From assembly GCA_965198235.1 (NCBI GenBank), contig OZ240248.1, forward strand, positions 3,072,001-3,136,000: DNA of 64,000 bases, in the 5' to 3' direction. The stretch's first letter is position 1; each line of letters starts with the position of its first letter. Both the position numbers and the translations under genes were made by a program. This stretch comes from Candidatus Poribacteria bacterium. Lineage in GTDB: Bacteria; Poribacteria; WGA-4E; WGA-3G. Below, piece after piece: positions 9,656 to 19,798 of this stretch. The notes below the pieces were generated by a model, which saw only the letters and a list, made by a program, of their open reading frames with translations, ran no database searches and had not been told where the DNA came from.

Positions 9656-9850
9656 ATGATGCGAACGCTTCAACGTAATACTACCACAGCACAGATACCT
9701 CATGTCCGGGTTGCTCCAGCCTCTTTACGGAACGCTTCCCTCTATGCATGGTCTCTTTTTACGCCTCTTACAAGCAAAGGTTTGTTTGAAGGCTTTTTTG
9801 GATTGTATCTGTACCTGTACTTATATTTGTACAGCAACGACAGGTGGTGA
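9656..9850 (+). CDS. putative attenuator leader peptide (64 aa) ending FEGFFGLYLYLYLYLYSNDRW
   Basis: AGGA RBS; (Leu-Tyr)5 at 9803-9832 written with mixed synonymous codons; lies upstream of aroF-leuA. Confidence 0.75.
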   Translation: MMRTLQRNTTTAQIPHVRVAPASLRNASLYAWSLFTPLTSKGLFEGFFGLYLYLYLYLYSNDRW

Positions 9851-9902
9851 AGGTTCGTAGGCGGTGCCTATATTACAAAAACTAACCGATTCAATTATCA
9901 CC

Positions 9903-9941
9903 ACCCGGCGTTGAAAAAATTCAATGTTGGGTATTTTTTTT
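9903..9941 (+). terminator. attenuator terminator
   Basis: ACCCGGCGTTGAA-AAAA-TTCAATGTTGGGT followed by A and T8. Confidence 0.8.
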
Positions 9942-9976
9942 AACCGAATTTGATTTGCGACAGACAGGATTATTTT

Positions 9977-10093
9977 CGGTGCAGCTTGCAAACCGAAAAC
10001 TTGCTATTAAGAAGGCGGTGTCGCTTGCGAACCGGAAACTTGCTATTAAGAAGGCGGTGCAACTTGCGAACCGAAAACTTGCTATTAAGAAGG
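9977..10093. repeat. 39-bp tandem repeat, 3 copies
   Basis: CGGTGnnnCTTGCrAACCGrAAACTTGCTATTAAGAAGG x3, directly before the aroF RBS. Confidence 0.95.
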
Positions 10094-10111
10094 CGGAGGT
10101 AGTTGAAAAGC

Positions 10112-11128
10112 ATGGTAATCGTTACCAAGACCGATGCGACACAAGCAGATGTCAATGCTGTTGTAAAACGGATCGAAGATGTAGGATTGAAAGCACAAGT
10201 CTCAGTCGGCGAGAGACACACTGTGATCGGTGTCATAGGAGATAAAACATTGCTTGGTGATATTCCGATAGAGTCAATGTCCGGTGTCGACCGAACGATG
10301 CCCATTACGGCACCGTTCAAATTGGCAAGCCGTGAGTTTCGGGATGAACCGACGGTTGTTGCAGTCAACGGCACAAAGATTGGTGGGCGGCAGGTGCCCG
10401 TCATTGCCGGTCCGTGTGCAGTAGAAAGCACGGAACAGATCGTAACCATTGCTCGGCAAGTTCGGAGTGCCGGTGCCAGTTTCATCAGAGGCGGTGCCTT
10501 TAAACCCAGAACAGGACCTTATAGTTTCCAAGGTTACGGCGAAGAGGCTCTCAAAATGCTGGGGGCGGCGAAAACCGAAACCGGACTCGGCATTGTCACC
10601 GAGGTCATGACCCCGCACGAAGTCGAACTCGTTGGTGAATATACAGATATGTTCCAACTCGGCACGCGGAACATGACAAATTTCTATCTGTTGCGTGAAG
10701 TGGGACGTGCAAATAAGCCTGTAATCCTCAAGCGCGGGATGTCGGCGACAATTGAGGAATGGCTCCTTGCCGCCGAGTATATCCTCGCAGAAGGAAATCC
10801 CGGTGTCATTCTCTGTGAGCGCGGTATTCGGACTTTTGAAACGCACACCCGCAACACACTTGATTTGAACGCCGTGCCTGTTATTCACGAATTAAGCCAC
10901 TTGCCTATTATTGTTGATCCGAGCCACGGCACGGGTATTCGGAGTCTCGTATGTGATATGACAAAGGCATCTGTGGCTGCAGGGGCAGATGGATTGTTAC
11001 TTGAAGTACATCACGATCCAGATCATTCAATGACGGGAGATGGCGCGCAGTCGCTGTTCCCAGATCAATTCGAGACCCTGATGCGAGAACTGAAGCCGAT
11101 TGCCATCGCTGTCGGTCGTGACATCTAA
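10112..11128 (+). CDS. aroF: DAHP synthase (class I-beta, N-terminal ACT-like domain)
   Basis: IAGPCAVES, GGAFKPRT, KPVILKRG, CERGIRTFE, DPSHGTG. Confidence 0.95.
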   Translation: MVIVTKTDATQADVNAVVKRIEDVGLKAQVSVGERHTVIGVIGDKTLLGDIPIESMSGVDRTMPITAPFKLASREFRDEPTVVAVNGTKIGGRQVPVIAGPCAVESTEQIVTIARQVRSAGASFIRGGAFKPRTGPYSFQGYGEEALKMLGAAKTETGLGIVTEVMTPHEVELVGEYTDMFQLGTRNMTNFYLLREVGRANKPVILKRGMSATIEEWLLAAEYILAEGNPGVILCERGIRTFETHTRNTLDLNAVPVIHELSHLPIIVDPSHGTGIRSLVCDMTKASVAAGADGLLLEVHHDPDHSMTGDGAQSLFPDQFETLMRELKPIAIAVGRDI

Positions 11129-11202
11129 CTTTTTAATGATTGCGTTTTTGTTCATTTTTTGTCGATGGCAAAAAATGCCCAGCTGATACAATTTAAAAGG
11201 CG

Positions 11203-11268
11203 ATGAAGTTGGCGGTGTTGGTTATGTTATGTTGTCTGATGCTTTTAAATTTGACAATACCCTTTTGA
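11203..11268 (+). CDS. possible Leu-rich leader peptide of leuA (MKLAVLVMLCCLMLLNLTIPF)
   Basis: 7 Leu in 21 codons, AAGG upstream; GTCTGATGCT can pair with downstream AGCATCAGAC. Confidence 0.4.
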   Translation: MKLAVLVMLCCLMLLNLTIPF

Positions 11269-11337
11269 CAGCATCAGACTTCTCTCGCAACTTGCAAACT
11301 TTATCCGCCCCTGATTCAAATTTGGAGGAACAGAGCC

Positions 11338-12891
11338 TTGGACGATTTTCAAAACAACCCGCAGAAGGTTTATATTTTCGATACAACGCTCCGCGATGCT
11401 GAACAGACACCCGGCGCTGCGCTCGGTATTGAGGAGAAACTGGAGATTGCCAAGCACCTCGCCAAATTAAATGTTGATATCATTGAAGCAGGATTCCCAA
11501 TTTCGTCGCCGGGAGATTTCGACGCTGTCAAACGGATAGCCAACGAAGTTGAAGGACCGGAAATCTGTGCACTCTCTCGCGTTGTCGAGAAGGACATTAC
11601 TGCCGCATGGAAAGCTATTGAGGATGCACCACGCGCCCGTATCCACACTTTTGTCGGTACATCACCGATTCACATGGGACGCATCACACGGACGACCCCC
11701 GAAGATACACTTCGGATGGCAACCGATGCAGTCGCCTATGCAAAGAGTTTGTGTGAAGGACATCCGGATGCGAATGTCGAATTTTCACCAATGGACGCGG
11801 GACGGACGGAATTAGCGTTCCTTTATGAGGTCGTTGAAGCAACGATCGCAGCAGGGGCAACTGTTGTCAATATCCCGGAAACCGTCGGATGGACAGTACC
11901 AACGGAATTTGGTGACTTAATTAAAGGCATCATGGAAAATGTCCCGAATGTTAACGATGCCATTATTAGTGTACACTGTCATAACGACCTTGGTTTAGCG
12001 GTGGCGAACAGTCTTATAGCAGTTGAGCAGGGCGCACGGCAGGTGGAGTGCACCATCAACGGACTCGGAGAACGTGCTGGCAATACCTCACTGGAAGAGG
12101 TCGTCATGGCGATCCGAACCCGACGTGACTACTTCAAAGCGTATTACACCGATATTAACGCAAAAGAGATCGTTCCAATCAGCCGGCGTGTGAGTCGAAC
12201 AATGGGCATTGCCGTTCAACCGAACAAGGCGATTGTGGGTGCGAACGCATTCGCACACAGCTCGGGTATCCATCAGGACGGTATCATCAAATCGCGCGTA
12301 ACCTTTGAAATCATTGATCCGAAAGAGATCGGATGGAAAGAGAGTCAGCTGATTCTCAGCCCGCGTTCCGGCCGCAACGCGCTCAGACACCGACTCAACG
12401 AACTCGGCTACGAAGTGGACGCGGATCAGTTGGACAAAGTCTATGAAAGATTCCTGCGGGTCGCTGATAAGAAGAAAGCCGTGCAGGATGCTGACCTTGA
12501 AGCGATCATGAGCGATGAAATTCGCTCCATTCCTGCTGTCTTTGAGCTGGATTACATCCAAGTCGTCAGTGGAACGAGAATCGCATCGACAACGACGGTC
12601 GGTATTCGGACGGAAGATGGTGTGGTTGAGAGAGCCTCAACTGGGGACGGACCGGTGGATGCGGCATTTAAGGCGATTAACCAAGTTGTCGACATGCAGC
12701 TAAACCTCATGGATTACCAGATCCGTTCCGTAACCGAAGGGGAAGACGCTATTGGTGAAGTCTCGCTGAAGGTACAAGACAACGGAAACATCATCACCGG
12801 ACACGGTGCCAGCACAGACATCATCGAAGCAAGTGCGCGGGCTTACATCCACGCTGTTAATAAGTTAATTCAGATCCGTTCGGAAGGATAA
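11338..12891 (+). CDS. leuA: 2-isopropylmalate synthase
   Basis: FDTTLRD, HCHNDLG, GERAGN, HSSGIHQDG, C-terminal regulatory domain GDGPVDA; TTG start with GGAGG. Confidence 0.95.
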   Translation: MDDFQNNPQKVYIFDTTLRDAEQTPGAALGIEEKLEIAKHLAKLNVDIIEAGFPISSPGDFDAVKRIANEVEGPEICALSRVVEKDITAAWKAIEDAPRARIHTFVGTSPIHMGRITRTTPEDTLRMATDAVAYAKSLCEGHPDANVEFSPMDAGRTELAFLYEVVEATIAAGATVVNIPETVGWTVPTEFGDLIKGIMENVPNVNDAIISVHCHNDLGLAVANSLIAVEQGARQVECTINGLGERAGNTSLEEVVMAIRTRRDYFKAYYTDINAKEIVPISRRVSRTMGIAVQPNKAIVGANAFAHSSGIHQDGIIKSRVTFEIIDPKEIGWKESQLILSPRSGRNALRHRLNELGYEVDADQLDKVYERFLRVADKKKAVQDADLEAIMSDEIRSIPAVFELDYIQVVSGTRIASTTTVGIRTEDGVVERASTGDGPVDAAFKAINQVVDMQLNLMDYQIRSVTEGEDAIGEVSLKVQDNGNIITGHGASTDIIEASARAYIHAVNKLIQIRSEG

Positions 12892-12908
12892 TATTTTTAA
12901 ATACAATT

Positions 12909-12946
12909 CGGCGAAAGGGGTGTTGAAGCCTCTTTCGCCGTTTTTT
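12909..12946 (+). terminator. intrinsic terminator after leuA
   Basis: CGGCGAAAGGGG...CCTCTTTCGCCG-TTTTTT. Confidence 0.8.
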
Positions 12947-13035
12947 CATCGTGTTTCCGAGTCTACATTCCGAACCTAAAGGACCGGGATTTTAACTCGG
13001 AAACGTGATAGAACTTTCTACTTTTTCGCTGAAAA

Positions 13036-14523
13036 CTACCAATCCTCAACCAGTTGGACCAACAGCCGCACACCGTAGCCGGATGCCCCTTCAGGGATAT
13101 AGGTAGAACCCTTCATACCCCAAGCAGTGCCAGCGATATCAAGATGCACCCACGGATAGCCTTCTGCGAATTTCTTCAAGAACGCACCGCCTGCAATCGT
13201 TCCAGCAGTGCCGTCACCGATATTCTGTACGTCCGCGACCTTGCTTTTAACCCCTTCATCGTAATCGTCCCAAAGCGGCAATTCCCAAACCCGTTCATGT
13301 GTCTTTACGGCTGCCGATTTCACTTTCGACATGAGTTCCTGATCCGTACTCATTGCCCCAGCCGCGATATGTCCTAAACAGGTTATAACGGCACCAGTGA
13401 GCGTCGCTAAATCAACAACACCCTTCGGATTATACTGTGCTACCCATCCGAGAGCATCTGCTAACACCAACCGTCCCTCAGCATCGGTGTTGAGGATCTC
13501 AATCGTTTTGCCGCCGTAGGCGGTGACGACATCACCCGGCTTAACAGCCGTCCCACTCGGCATATTTTCAGTCGCCGCAATCACACCGATGACGCGCACG
13601 TTTGGCTTCAGCTGTCCAATCACCTGCATCGCGCCTATCACAGCAGCAGCACCCGACATGTCATGCTTCATCTCGTGCATACCACCTCCGGATTTCAGAG
13701 AGATACCACCTGTGTCGAAGGTAATCCCTTTTCCAACAAGCACGACGGTGTCTTGTCCTTCGCCGTCTGGTGTATATTCCAGAATAATAAACCGAGGTTC
13801 TTCAACACTGCCCTGCGCAACAGCGAGGAGTGTACGGAAGCCTTTTTCTTCGAGGGTCGCTTTGTCAAATATTTCGCAATTGAGTCCCGCCGTTTCTGCC
13901 ACCGTTTGTGCCTTTTCAGCGAGTTGTGTCGGTGTGAGATAGTTTGCGGGTTGGTTACTGAGGTCGCGAGCAAGGAGTGTGCCGTTGGCCATCGTTTCAC
14001 CGCGCGCCACGGTGTCTTCTATCGTTGCCTTGATTTGCTCGTTTTCAACTAAAAACGTAATAGATTCAAGCTTCTTTTTTTTATCCTCATCGTCGGTATC
14101 CGTTTTGTGTTCGTTGAACTGATAGAGTGCAAGAAGGCTTGCCTCCGCGGCGGCTTGAATCATTTCAGGGGTGGCTTCAATAGGAATCGGAATTGCGGCG
14201 GTACTTAAACCCATGTCGCGGATCGCCCGCGCGGCGTTACCCGCTGCCTCACGCACCTTCTCAACAGTGAGATCGTGATATTCACCCAAACCCACCAAAA
14301 GCACACGCGGTGCCGTGATGGCTCCGTTTGTATAGAGCCAGCGGGTCGTCTTGTGTTTGCCTGTGAAATCACCGAGGTTCATCACTTCACGAATGCGTCC
14401 GCCGAGAGCTTGTTCTATGTTTTGGAGAGGTGCGCTATAGAAATCCGGGTTTTCCAACACACCAATAGCGATGACATCGGTCTGCTCTTGGGCAAACCCG
14501 CCGGTTTTGACAGTAATATTCAT
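13036..14523 (-). CDS. pepA: leucyl aminopeptidase (M17)
   Basis: GKGITFDTGG, MKHDMSGAA, NTDAEGRLVLAD, WVHLDIAG. Confidence 0.96.
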   Translation of the reverse strand: MNITVKTGGFAQEQTDVIAIGVLENPDFYSAPLQNIEQALGGRIREVMNLGDFTGKHKTTRWLYTNGAITAPRVLLVGLGEYHDLTVEKVREAAGNAARAIRDMGLSTAAIPIPIEATPEMIQAAAEASLLALYQFNEHKTDTDDEDKKKKLESITFLVENEQIKATIEDTVARGETMANGTLLARDLSNQPANYLTPTQLAEKAQTVAETAGLNCEIFDKATLEEKGFRTLLAVAQGSVEEPRFIILEYTPDGEGQDTVVLVGKGITFDTGGISLKSGGGMHEMKHDMSGAAAVIGAMQVIGQLKPNVRVIGVIAATENMPSGTAVKPGDVVTAYGGKTIEILNTDAEGRLVLADALGWVAQYNPKGVVDLATLTGAVITCLGHIAAGAMSTDQELMSKVKSAAVKTHERVWELPLWDDYDEGVKSKVADVQNIGDGTAGTIAGGAFLKKFAEGYPWVHLDIAGTAWGMKGSTYIPEGASGYGVRLLVQLVEDW

Positions 14524-14601
14524 AAATGCTCCTTTTTCTGAGTTTTCAGTTTTCAGTTAAGAGGTTTTCGTTTAACAGCACCTTCTTGTAACTGTTAACT
14601 G

Positions 14602-14925
14602 TTAACTGTTAACTAAATTGTTAGAAGACCGCATTCCCGTCAAGACCACCAATGGCTCCTCGCCTGTGACAGTGATTGAATGATAGGTGTTCGCGGGAAC
14701 ATCCATCCGATCGCCGGGTTCGACAGTCCCCTGTTCATCGGCGACCTTCACACCAGCTGTGCCAGACAGCACACAGACGACTTCATCTAAGGTGTGGATA
14801 TAATCAAGGTAGGCACCACCGGGACGACCTGTCCACTCATAGGCATCAAAGCCTTCAGATTTTAACTGTTGCTTTAAGGCATCAGCGTCTGGGTGCTGTT
14901 CTGACCAGCGTGATTTCCAGTTCAT
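14602..14925 (-). CDS. cupin-domain protein
   Basis: H...EVVCVLSG...PGDRMDVPANTYH. Confidence 0.85.
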   Translation of the reverse strand: MNWKSRWSEQHPDADALKQQLKSEGFDAYEWTGRPGGAYLDYIHTLDEVVCVLSGTAGVKVADEQGTVEPGDRMDVPANTYHSITVTGEEPLVVLTGMRSSNNLVNS

Positions 14926-14937
14926 AAAAAATCTCCT

Positions 14938-15114
14938 TTAATCCCCAAGCATTTTAAGAATATGCTTTGCTAACACATCTTTGATTTCCCTATGGCGCGG
15001 AACTGGCTGAGAAACGCGGGTACCCGGATTCTGGTACCAATCATGCTTCGCACCATGACGAATGAGCACACACCCTATCTTTTTTAACTCACGAATCAAG
15101 TCTCGTCTTTTCAT
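14938..15114 (-). CDS. hicA: HicA-family toxin (58 aa)
   Basis: Below the ORF-track cutoff. MKRRDLIRELKKIGCVLIRHGAKHDWYQNPGTRVSQPVPRHREIKDVLAKHILKMLGD; ATGA overlap with hicB. Confidence 0.9.
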   Translation of the reverse strand: MKRRDLIRELKKIGCVLIRHGAKHDWYQNPGTRVSQPVPRHREIKDVLAKHILKMLGD

Positions 15115-15302
15115 GCAATCCGTAATTCAGCAACCTTTCGAATACACGGAATAGTCCCGCTCGTGAGTTCCTTGTAAATATCAAGAAGGTTTTCCTCTAA
15201 GGCTTCTATGGTTTCGCCCTGCGTCCAATAATCGGGATATGCTTCCAGATATCCGATAAATACTGTTTCATCTTGCCAGTAAATGTACTTTTGCGTTTTC
15301 AT
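15111..15302 (-). CDS. hicB: HicB-family antitoxin (short form)
   Basis: YPDYWTQGETIEALEENL. Confidence 0.88.
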   Translation of the reverse strand: MKTQKYIYWQDETVFIGYLEAYPDYWTQGETIEALEENLLDIYKELTSGTIPCIRKVAELRIA

Positions 15303-15417
15303 AGACAGTATCCTATACGTTTTGTTTGTTGTCGTTTTCTGATGGTGGTACCTGACCTTCCACGTAACACTTCAACCGATCTCGAAAGTTAGAAAGGCAT
15401 ACCACACTAAAAAATTC

Positions 15418-18114
15418 TTAGAGCGGTTCTAACCGGACTGGGCACACCTTCAATTCAGCGGTGTGGGTAACTGGGTCGTAGCCAGAACCGGTCAATAGGT
15501 TGACTGGAACATCTGCAAAGCTGAAACTCGCGAAGACTGTGCCGCGCGGAGAACGGTTCGTCGCTTTCACTTTGATAGTGATACTCCCACGTGCACTACT
15601 CATTGTACACCATTCCCCGTCCGTTAAATCCCATTTCTCGATGTCAGTAGGATTCACTTCCAGCGATTCTTCCGACAATAGATAATCAATTCCCTGTGCC
15701 CTGCCAGTCTGTGTGCGAGTATGATAGGATTGCAAGCGTCTCCCCGTTGTGAGCCATACCGGGAAATCATCGCTAATCGTCTCAGCGGGATCTCGGTAAT
15801 GCACATTGGAAAAGATACCGCGTCCGTTGGCGAACGTTTCTTCGTGTAATCTCGGTGTCCCCGGATGTTCTTTGTGTGGCACGGGCCACTGATATTCGCT
15901 TTTGTCGATGCGTTCCCAATCCAATCCCGCATAGATCGGTGAAAGTTGGCAGAGTTCGTTGAAAATCGGTTTCGGCGCGTCATAATCGAAGCCTTTAAAA
16001 CCGAGGCGTTGTGCGATTTGACAAATAATCCACCAATCCGGTTTAGCTTCGCCGGGTGGCGGGACTGCAGCGCGCAGTCGCTGAACACGACGTTCCGTGT
16101 TCGTGCAGACTCCATCCGTTTCACCCCAAGCCGTTGCTGGTAGCACGACATCGGCGAGTTCTGCGGTTTCGGTAAGAAAGATGTCGATGACAACGAAATG
16201 ATCCAATGAACGGAGCGCGTGCTCACAGTGTTCCCGGTCCGGATCCGATAGCAATGTATTTTCGCCATCGATCAGCATCGCGTGGATACTGTCGCCACAG
16301 AGTTCTAAGGCGGTGACTTTGGTGATGCCTTTCTCCAAGTCAACCTCTTTGCCGTATGCCGCTTTAAACTTCGCCTGATGTTCTGGATCCGTGACGGCTT
16401 GGAAACCGGAGTAGTTGTTTGGCAACGCCCCGCTATCTCCCGCGCCTTGAATGTTGTTCTGCCCACGCATCGGGTTGATACCTGTCCCCTCGCGCCCGAT
16501 ATTACCAGTCATCAGGGCAAGATTGCAGAGACTCTGCACGTTCTCAACGCCACAGATATGTTCCGTGATCCCTAACGTGTAGTAGATAGCCCCTCTGTTC
16601 GTCGCACCATACCACATCGCTGCTTTTTCAATATCCTTCGCTGGCACACCTGTGATCGCTTCTGCCCATTCCGGTGTCCACTGGCTGATATGCTCAAAAA
16701 AGTCATCAAATCCGGTGGTGCGGTTTTTGATGAACGTTTCGTCAATCAAGCCTTCACGGGCAATCACGTGTGCCATTCCGAGAAGCAACGCCGTGTCCGA
16801 ACCGACGCGGAGCGGTAAATAGAGAGCCGACATCTCCACTAATCCGATGCGCCTCGGATCCGCGACGATGAGTTTGGCACCGCGGGCAACCGCCTTCTTA
16901 AGCCCCGTCGCCGCAACAGGGTGGCATTCCGTCATATTCGTACCGATACAGAAAATTACATCCGGTTTCTCCATATCAACGAGCGGGTTCGACATCGCTC
17001 CACGTCCGATTGTCGCTGCCAGACCGGCAACGGTCGGCGCGTGTCAGGCACGGCTACAGTTGTCGATGTAATTCGTCCCGAACCCAGCACGGATAAACTT
17101 CTGCATGAGATACGCCGCTTCGCTCGGCGCGCGCCCAGAGGCGATGCCGTAGATGCTATGTCTACCGTGTTCAGCATGCACTTTCCGGTATCCCTCAGCC
17201 GCTCTGTCAAGTGCCTCTTCCCATGTGGCTTCGTGGAGTTCCCCATCGTCACCGCGGATGAGTGGGGTTTTCAGGCGGTCGGAATGCTGGACAAAGTCGT
17301 AAGCAAACTGACCTTTAACGCAGAGTGCCCCTTGATTGGCGGGTCCGTCCATTGCAGGGTGGATGCCGACAATCTTTTCATTGTTCGTGAGTATATCAAC
17401 GGAACACCCGACCCCACAATACGGGCAGATGGTGCGCGTTTTGTCAGGAATAGCATCCTCTACCTCATCAACCGCACGGAGTGCTTTCTTATCGGCAAGC
17501 GCACCGGTTGGGCAGGTCTGGATACATTGCCCACAGAAGGTGCAGGCGGAGTCCTTGAGAAGTCCATCAAATTCAGTCGTAATCTGTGTATGGAAACCGC
17601 GATTCATAACATTGATGGCATGATCGCCTTCTTGTTCAGCACAGACGCGGACACACCGATAACAGGAGATGCAGAGTTCGTAATCTCTGAGAATGAACGG
17701 ATTTTCATCGGTTTTGCTCGTGCCAGATGTTGCCCCTGTTATACGTGTGCCGTTAATCTCGTACCTGTCCCGGAGGTCTGTGAGTTCGCCAGATGCATAA
17801 CCGCGCAGTGGGGACACATCGACTTCACGATTTTCACTGACAACCATTTCGAGCAGCGTCTTCCGGTACGCCTCTATTGTATCGGTCGCTGTACGGACGA
17901 CCATTCCCGGTGTAGCTTTCGTCGTGCAAGATGCCACCGGATTCCGCGCACCTTCTAATTCGACGATACAAAGGCGACACCCACCGAAAGGCTCAAGCCT
18001 TGGATCGTAGCAGAGCGTTGGAATCTCTTTCTGATGGTGTCGCGCCACTTCAAGGATCGTTTCACCCTCGGAGAAGGCAACTTCAACACCATCTATTTCC
18101 ATTTTATGTGTCAC
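15418..18114 (-). CDS. fdhF: formate dehydrogenase alpha subunit, selenoprotein (about 898 aa)
   Basis: Two track ORFs join in frame through TGA 17044-17046 (NCSRA-U-HAPTVAGL). N-terminal 2Fe-2S/4Fe-4S domains, CPYCGVGC, PMRGQNNIQG; GTG start with GGAGG. Confidence 0.9.
17014..17046 (-). promoter_or_regulatory. SECIS element of fdhF
   Basis: UGA CAC GCG CCG AC then hairpin CGUUGCC-GGUCU-GGCAGCG, resembling the E. coli fdhF SECIS. Confidence 0.8.
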
Positions 18115-18210
18115 TGTGCTAAACCTCCCATTCTTCACGCCTTCCAGCCAAATCCTTCGATTCTTTTGATCATGCCCCTATAAATCCGCGATTCAGAGTA
18201 ATAAAACAGC

Positions 18211-19272
18211 CTACTCGGTTTCACTGAAATCAATTTGTGGCACCTTCAACTCGCCAGCGAGGATTTTGGCTTTGGCATCTTCGACGGCTTTTTGCGTCGC
18301 CTCTGGTACTTTATCCTTCAATGCGGGGTTATAGGTGAGGGTGATCGCCTCGTCCGTGAGCATGTTGAAGGTATAGAGCTGCGGCTTAAACTTTCCTTCC
18401 TTAACTATCTTGGCAATCTTCACAAACGCGTTCGGTGTAATCACGGCGTTGGCAATTACGGTCGTTGGCGAAATATCGCTCTTGTCACGATTCGCGCCGA
18501 AGGTGTATACAATTTTTCCCTCTTTTTGGGCAGTTTCAGATTTATTAAAAACCTCAGCCGCCTCAAAGGCACCGAGCCCTGCTGCGTCTGCATTCGGAAA
18601 AATAAAATCAACCCCTTCATTAATCTGTGCAAGTGCAAGTTCCTTCCCTTTGCCGATATCTTCCCAGTTCCCGACATATACCCAAGATACTTTCACTTCA
18701 GGATTCACACTTTTCGCGCCGCCTTCAAACGCCATAAAAGTGCTATTAACAGATGGGATGTTCTGCCCACCCATGACACCGAGTTTATTTGTTTGCGTCA
18801 TCGTCCCTGCGATCATCCCTAACAGATAGGCGGCTTGTTCAACACGAAAGTTGACGGGTGAGATGTTGTCGGTGATGGTGCCACCGGATGACGTAATGAA
18901 AATCGTCTCTGGAAAATCAGGTGCGACTGCTTTCGCAGGGTCTTGAAACTCGTATCCGTGTCCAAACACCATGTGGTATCCGTCGAGTGCGTATGCCCGA
19001 AATTGTTCTTCCTGATCTGTTGGGGTTCGGGTCTCAGCGTGGCTGATTTCCGCACCGAGTTGTTTTTCAATCGCTTTGAGTCCTTCATAGGCTAAAGCGT
19101 TCCAACCCGCATCACTGATTGAACCGGGCAGCAGCATGGCAACCTTAAATTTTTCATGTCCTTTTGCCTCAAGGTTCGCGCTCCCAATCAGCATGAGTCC
19201 AAGGATGAAAAAGCACGGAAGTAATGCGTAGATTGCAACGTTATTTCGTAACTTATAATATATCTGTATCAC
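18211..19272 (-). CDS. BMP-family ABC substrate-binding protein
   Basis: PGSISDAGWNALAYEGL, FGHGYEF, YLLGMIAG. Confidence 0.9.
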   Translation of the reverse strand: MIQIYYKLRNNVAIYALLPCFFILGLMLIGSANLEAKGHEKFKVAMLLPGSISDAGWNALAYEGLKAIEKQLGAEISHAETRTPTDQEEQFRAYALDGYHMVFGHGYEFQDPAKAVAPDFPETIFITSSGGTITDNISPVNFRVEQAAYLLGMIAGTMTQTNKLGVMGGQNIPSVNSTFMAFEGGAKSVNPEVKVSWVYVGNWEDIGKGKELALAQINEGVDFIFPNADAAGLGAFEAAEVFNKSETAQKEGKIVYTFGANRDKSDISPTTVIANAVITPNAFVKIAKIVKEGKFKPQLYTFNMLTDEAITLTYNPALKDKVPEATQKAVEDAKAKILAGELKVPQIDFSETE

Positions 19273-19517
19273 TTCAGAATTCCTCCTTCTTTACAGAAAT
19301 GCTTGAGACAGTATAGCACGTTTATGCGAAAAATGTAAAGCGTTAATAACATTGCCTCAGGTCATTCATTTCTCCTGTAGGAGGGATCTCCGAACCCTGC
19401 CCTTTTGATGATATACTGTCATCTTCGCGCTGGCGAGGTTTGGAATCTTGCCTTTGCACAGTGTATTGTTAATTCTAAAATCTGCTATGAATAATCCTAA
19501 TATTCACAGATTTTCTA

Positions 19518-19546
19518 TTGACACCTCTGCGCAAATAACATATACT
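19518..19546 (+). promoter_or_regulatory. sigma70-type promoter
   Basis: TTGACA-N17-TATACT. Confidence 0.7.
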
Positions 19547-19618
19547 TTTTAGCATTATTTCGTAGAAGGCATCGTAGTGATACGATACGTGCTATTCTGT
19601 AAGGGGAACGCCTGCGTG

Positions 19619-19784
19619 ATGCATCCATCAAAGTTATCTGCTCAACACGGGTATGTCTACAAGGAAGCGGGGCAATTCGCAGGGTGGCCCGCCAACGACG
19701 GATGGAAAGTTGGTGACGCTCTACTACTACACAACCGTTGAAAACCCAGAGCAGCACATCGCTGTCACAATCTGGACGGTATAA
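19619..19784 (+). pseudogene. internally deleted sialidase/BNR-like gene remnant
   Basis: N-terminus MHPSKLSAQHGYVYKEAGQFAGWPAND joined out of frame to C-terminus DGKLVTLYYYTTVENPEQHIAVTIWTV*. Confidence 0.65.
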
Positions 19785-19798
19785 ATAAATGGAAAAAT

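Noticed and set aside
9955-10245. ORF with LANRKLAIKKA repeats
   Set aside because: Translation of the 39-bp repeat; overlaps aroF out of frame.
16921-17958. 345-aa plus-strand ORF, and similar antisense ORFs over aroF, leuA, tamB, dxs and queE
   Set aside because: Shadows of well-supported genes, with no recognisable motifs.
15418-18138. Formate dehydrogenase as two genes or a pseudogene
   Set aside because: The TGA is at the catalytic Cys/Sec position and is followed by a SECIS hairpin.
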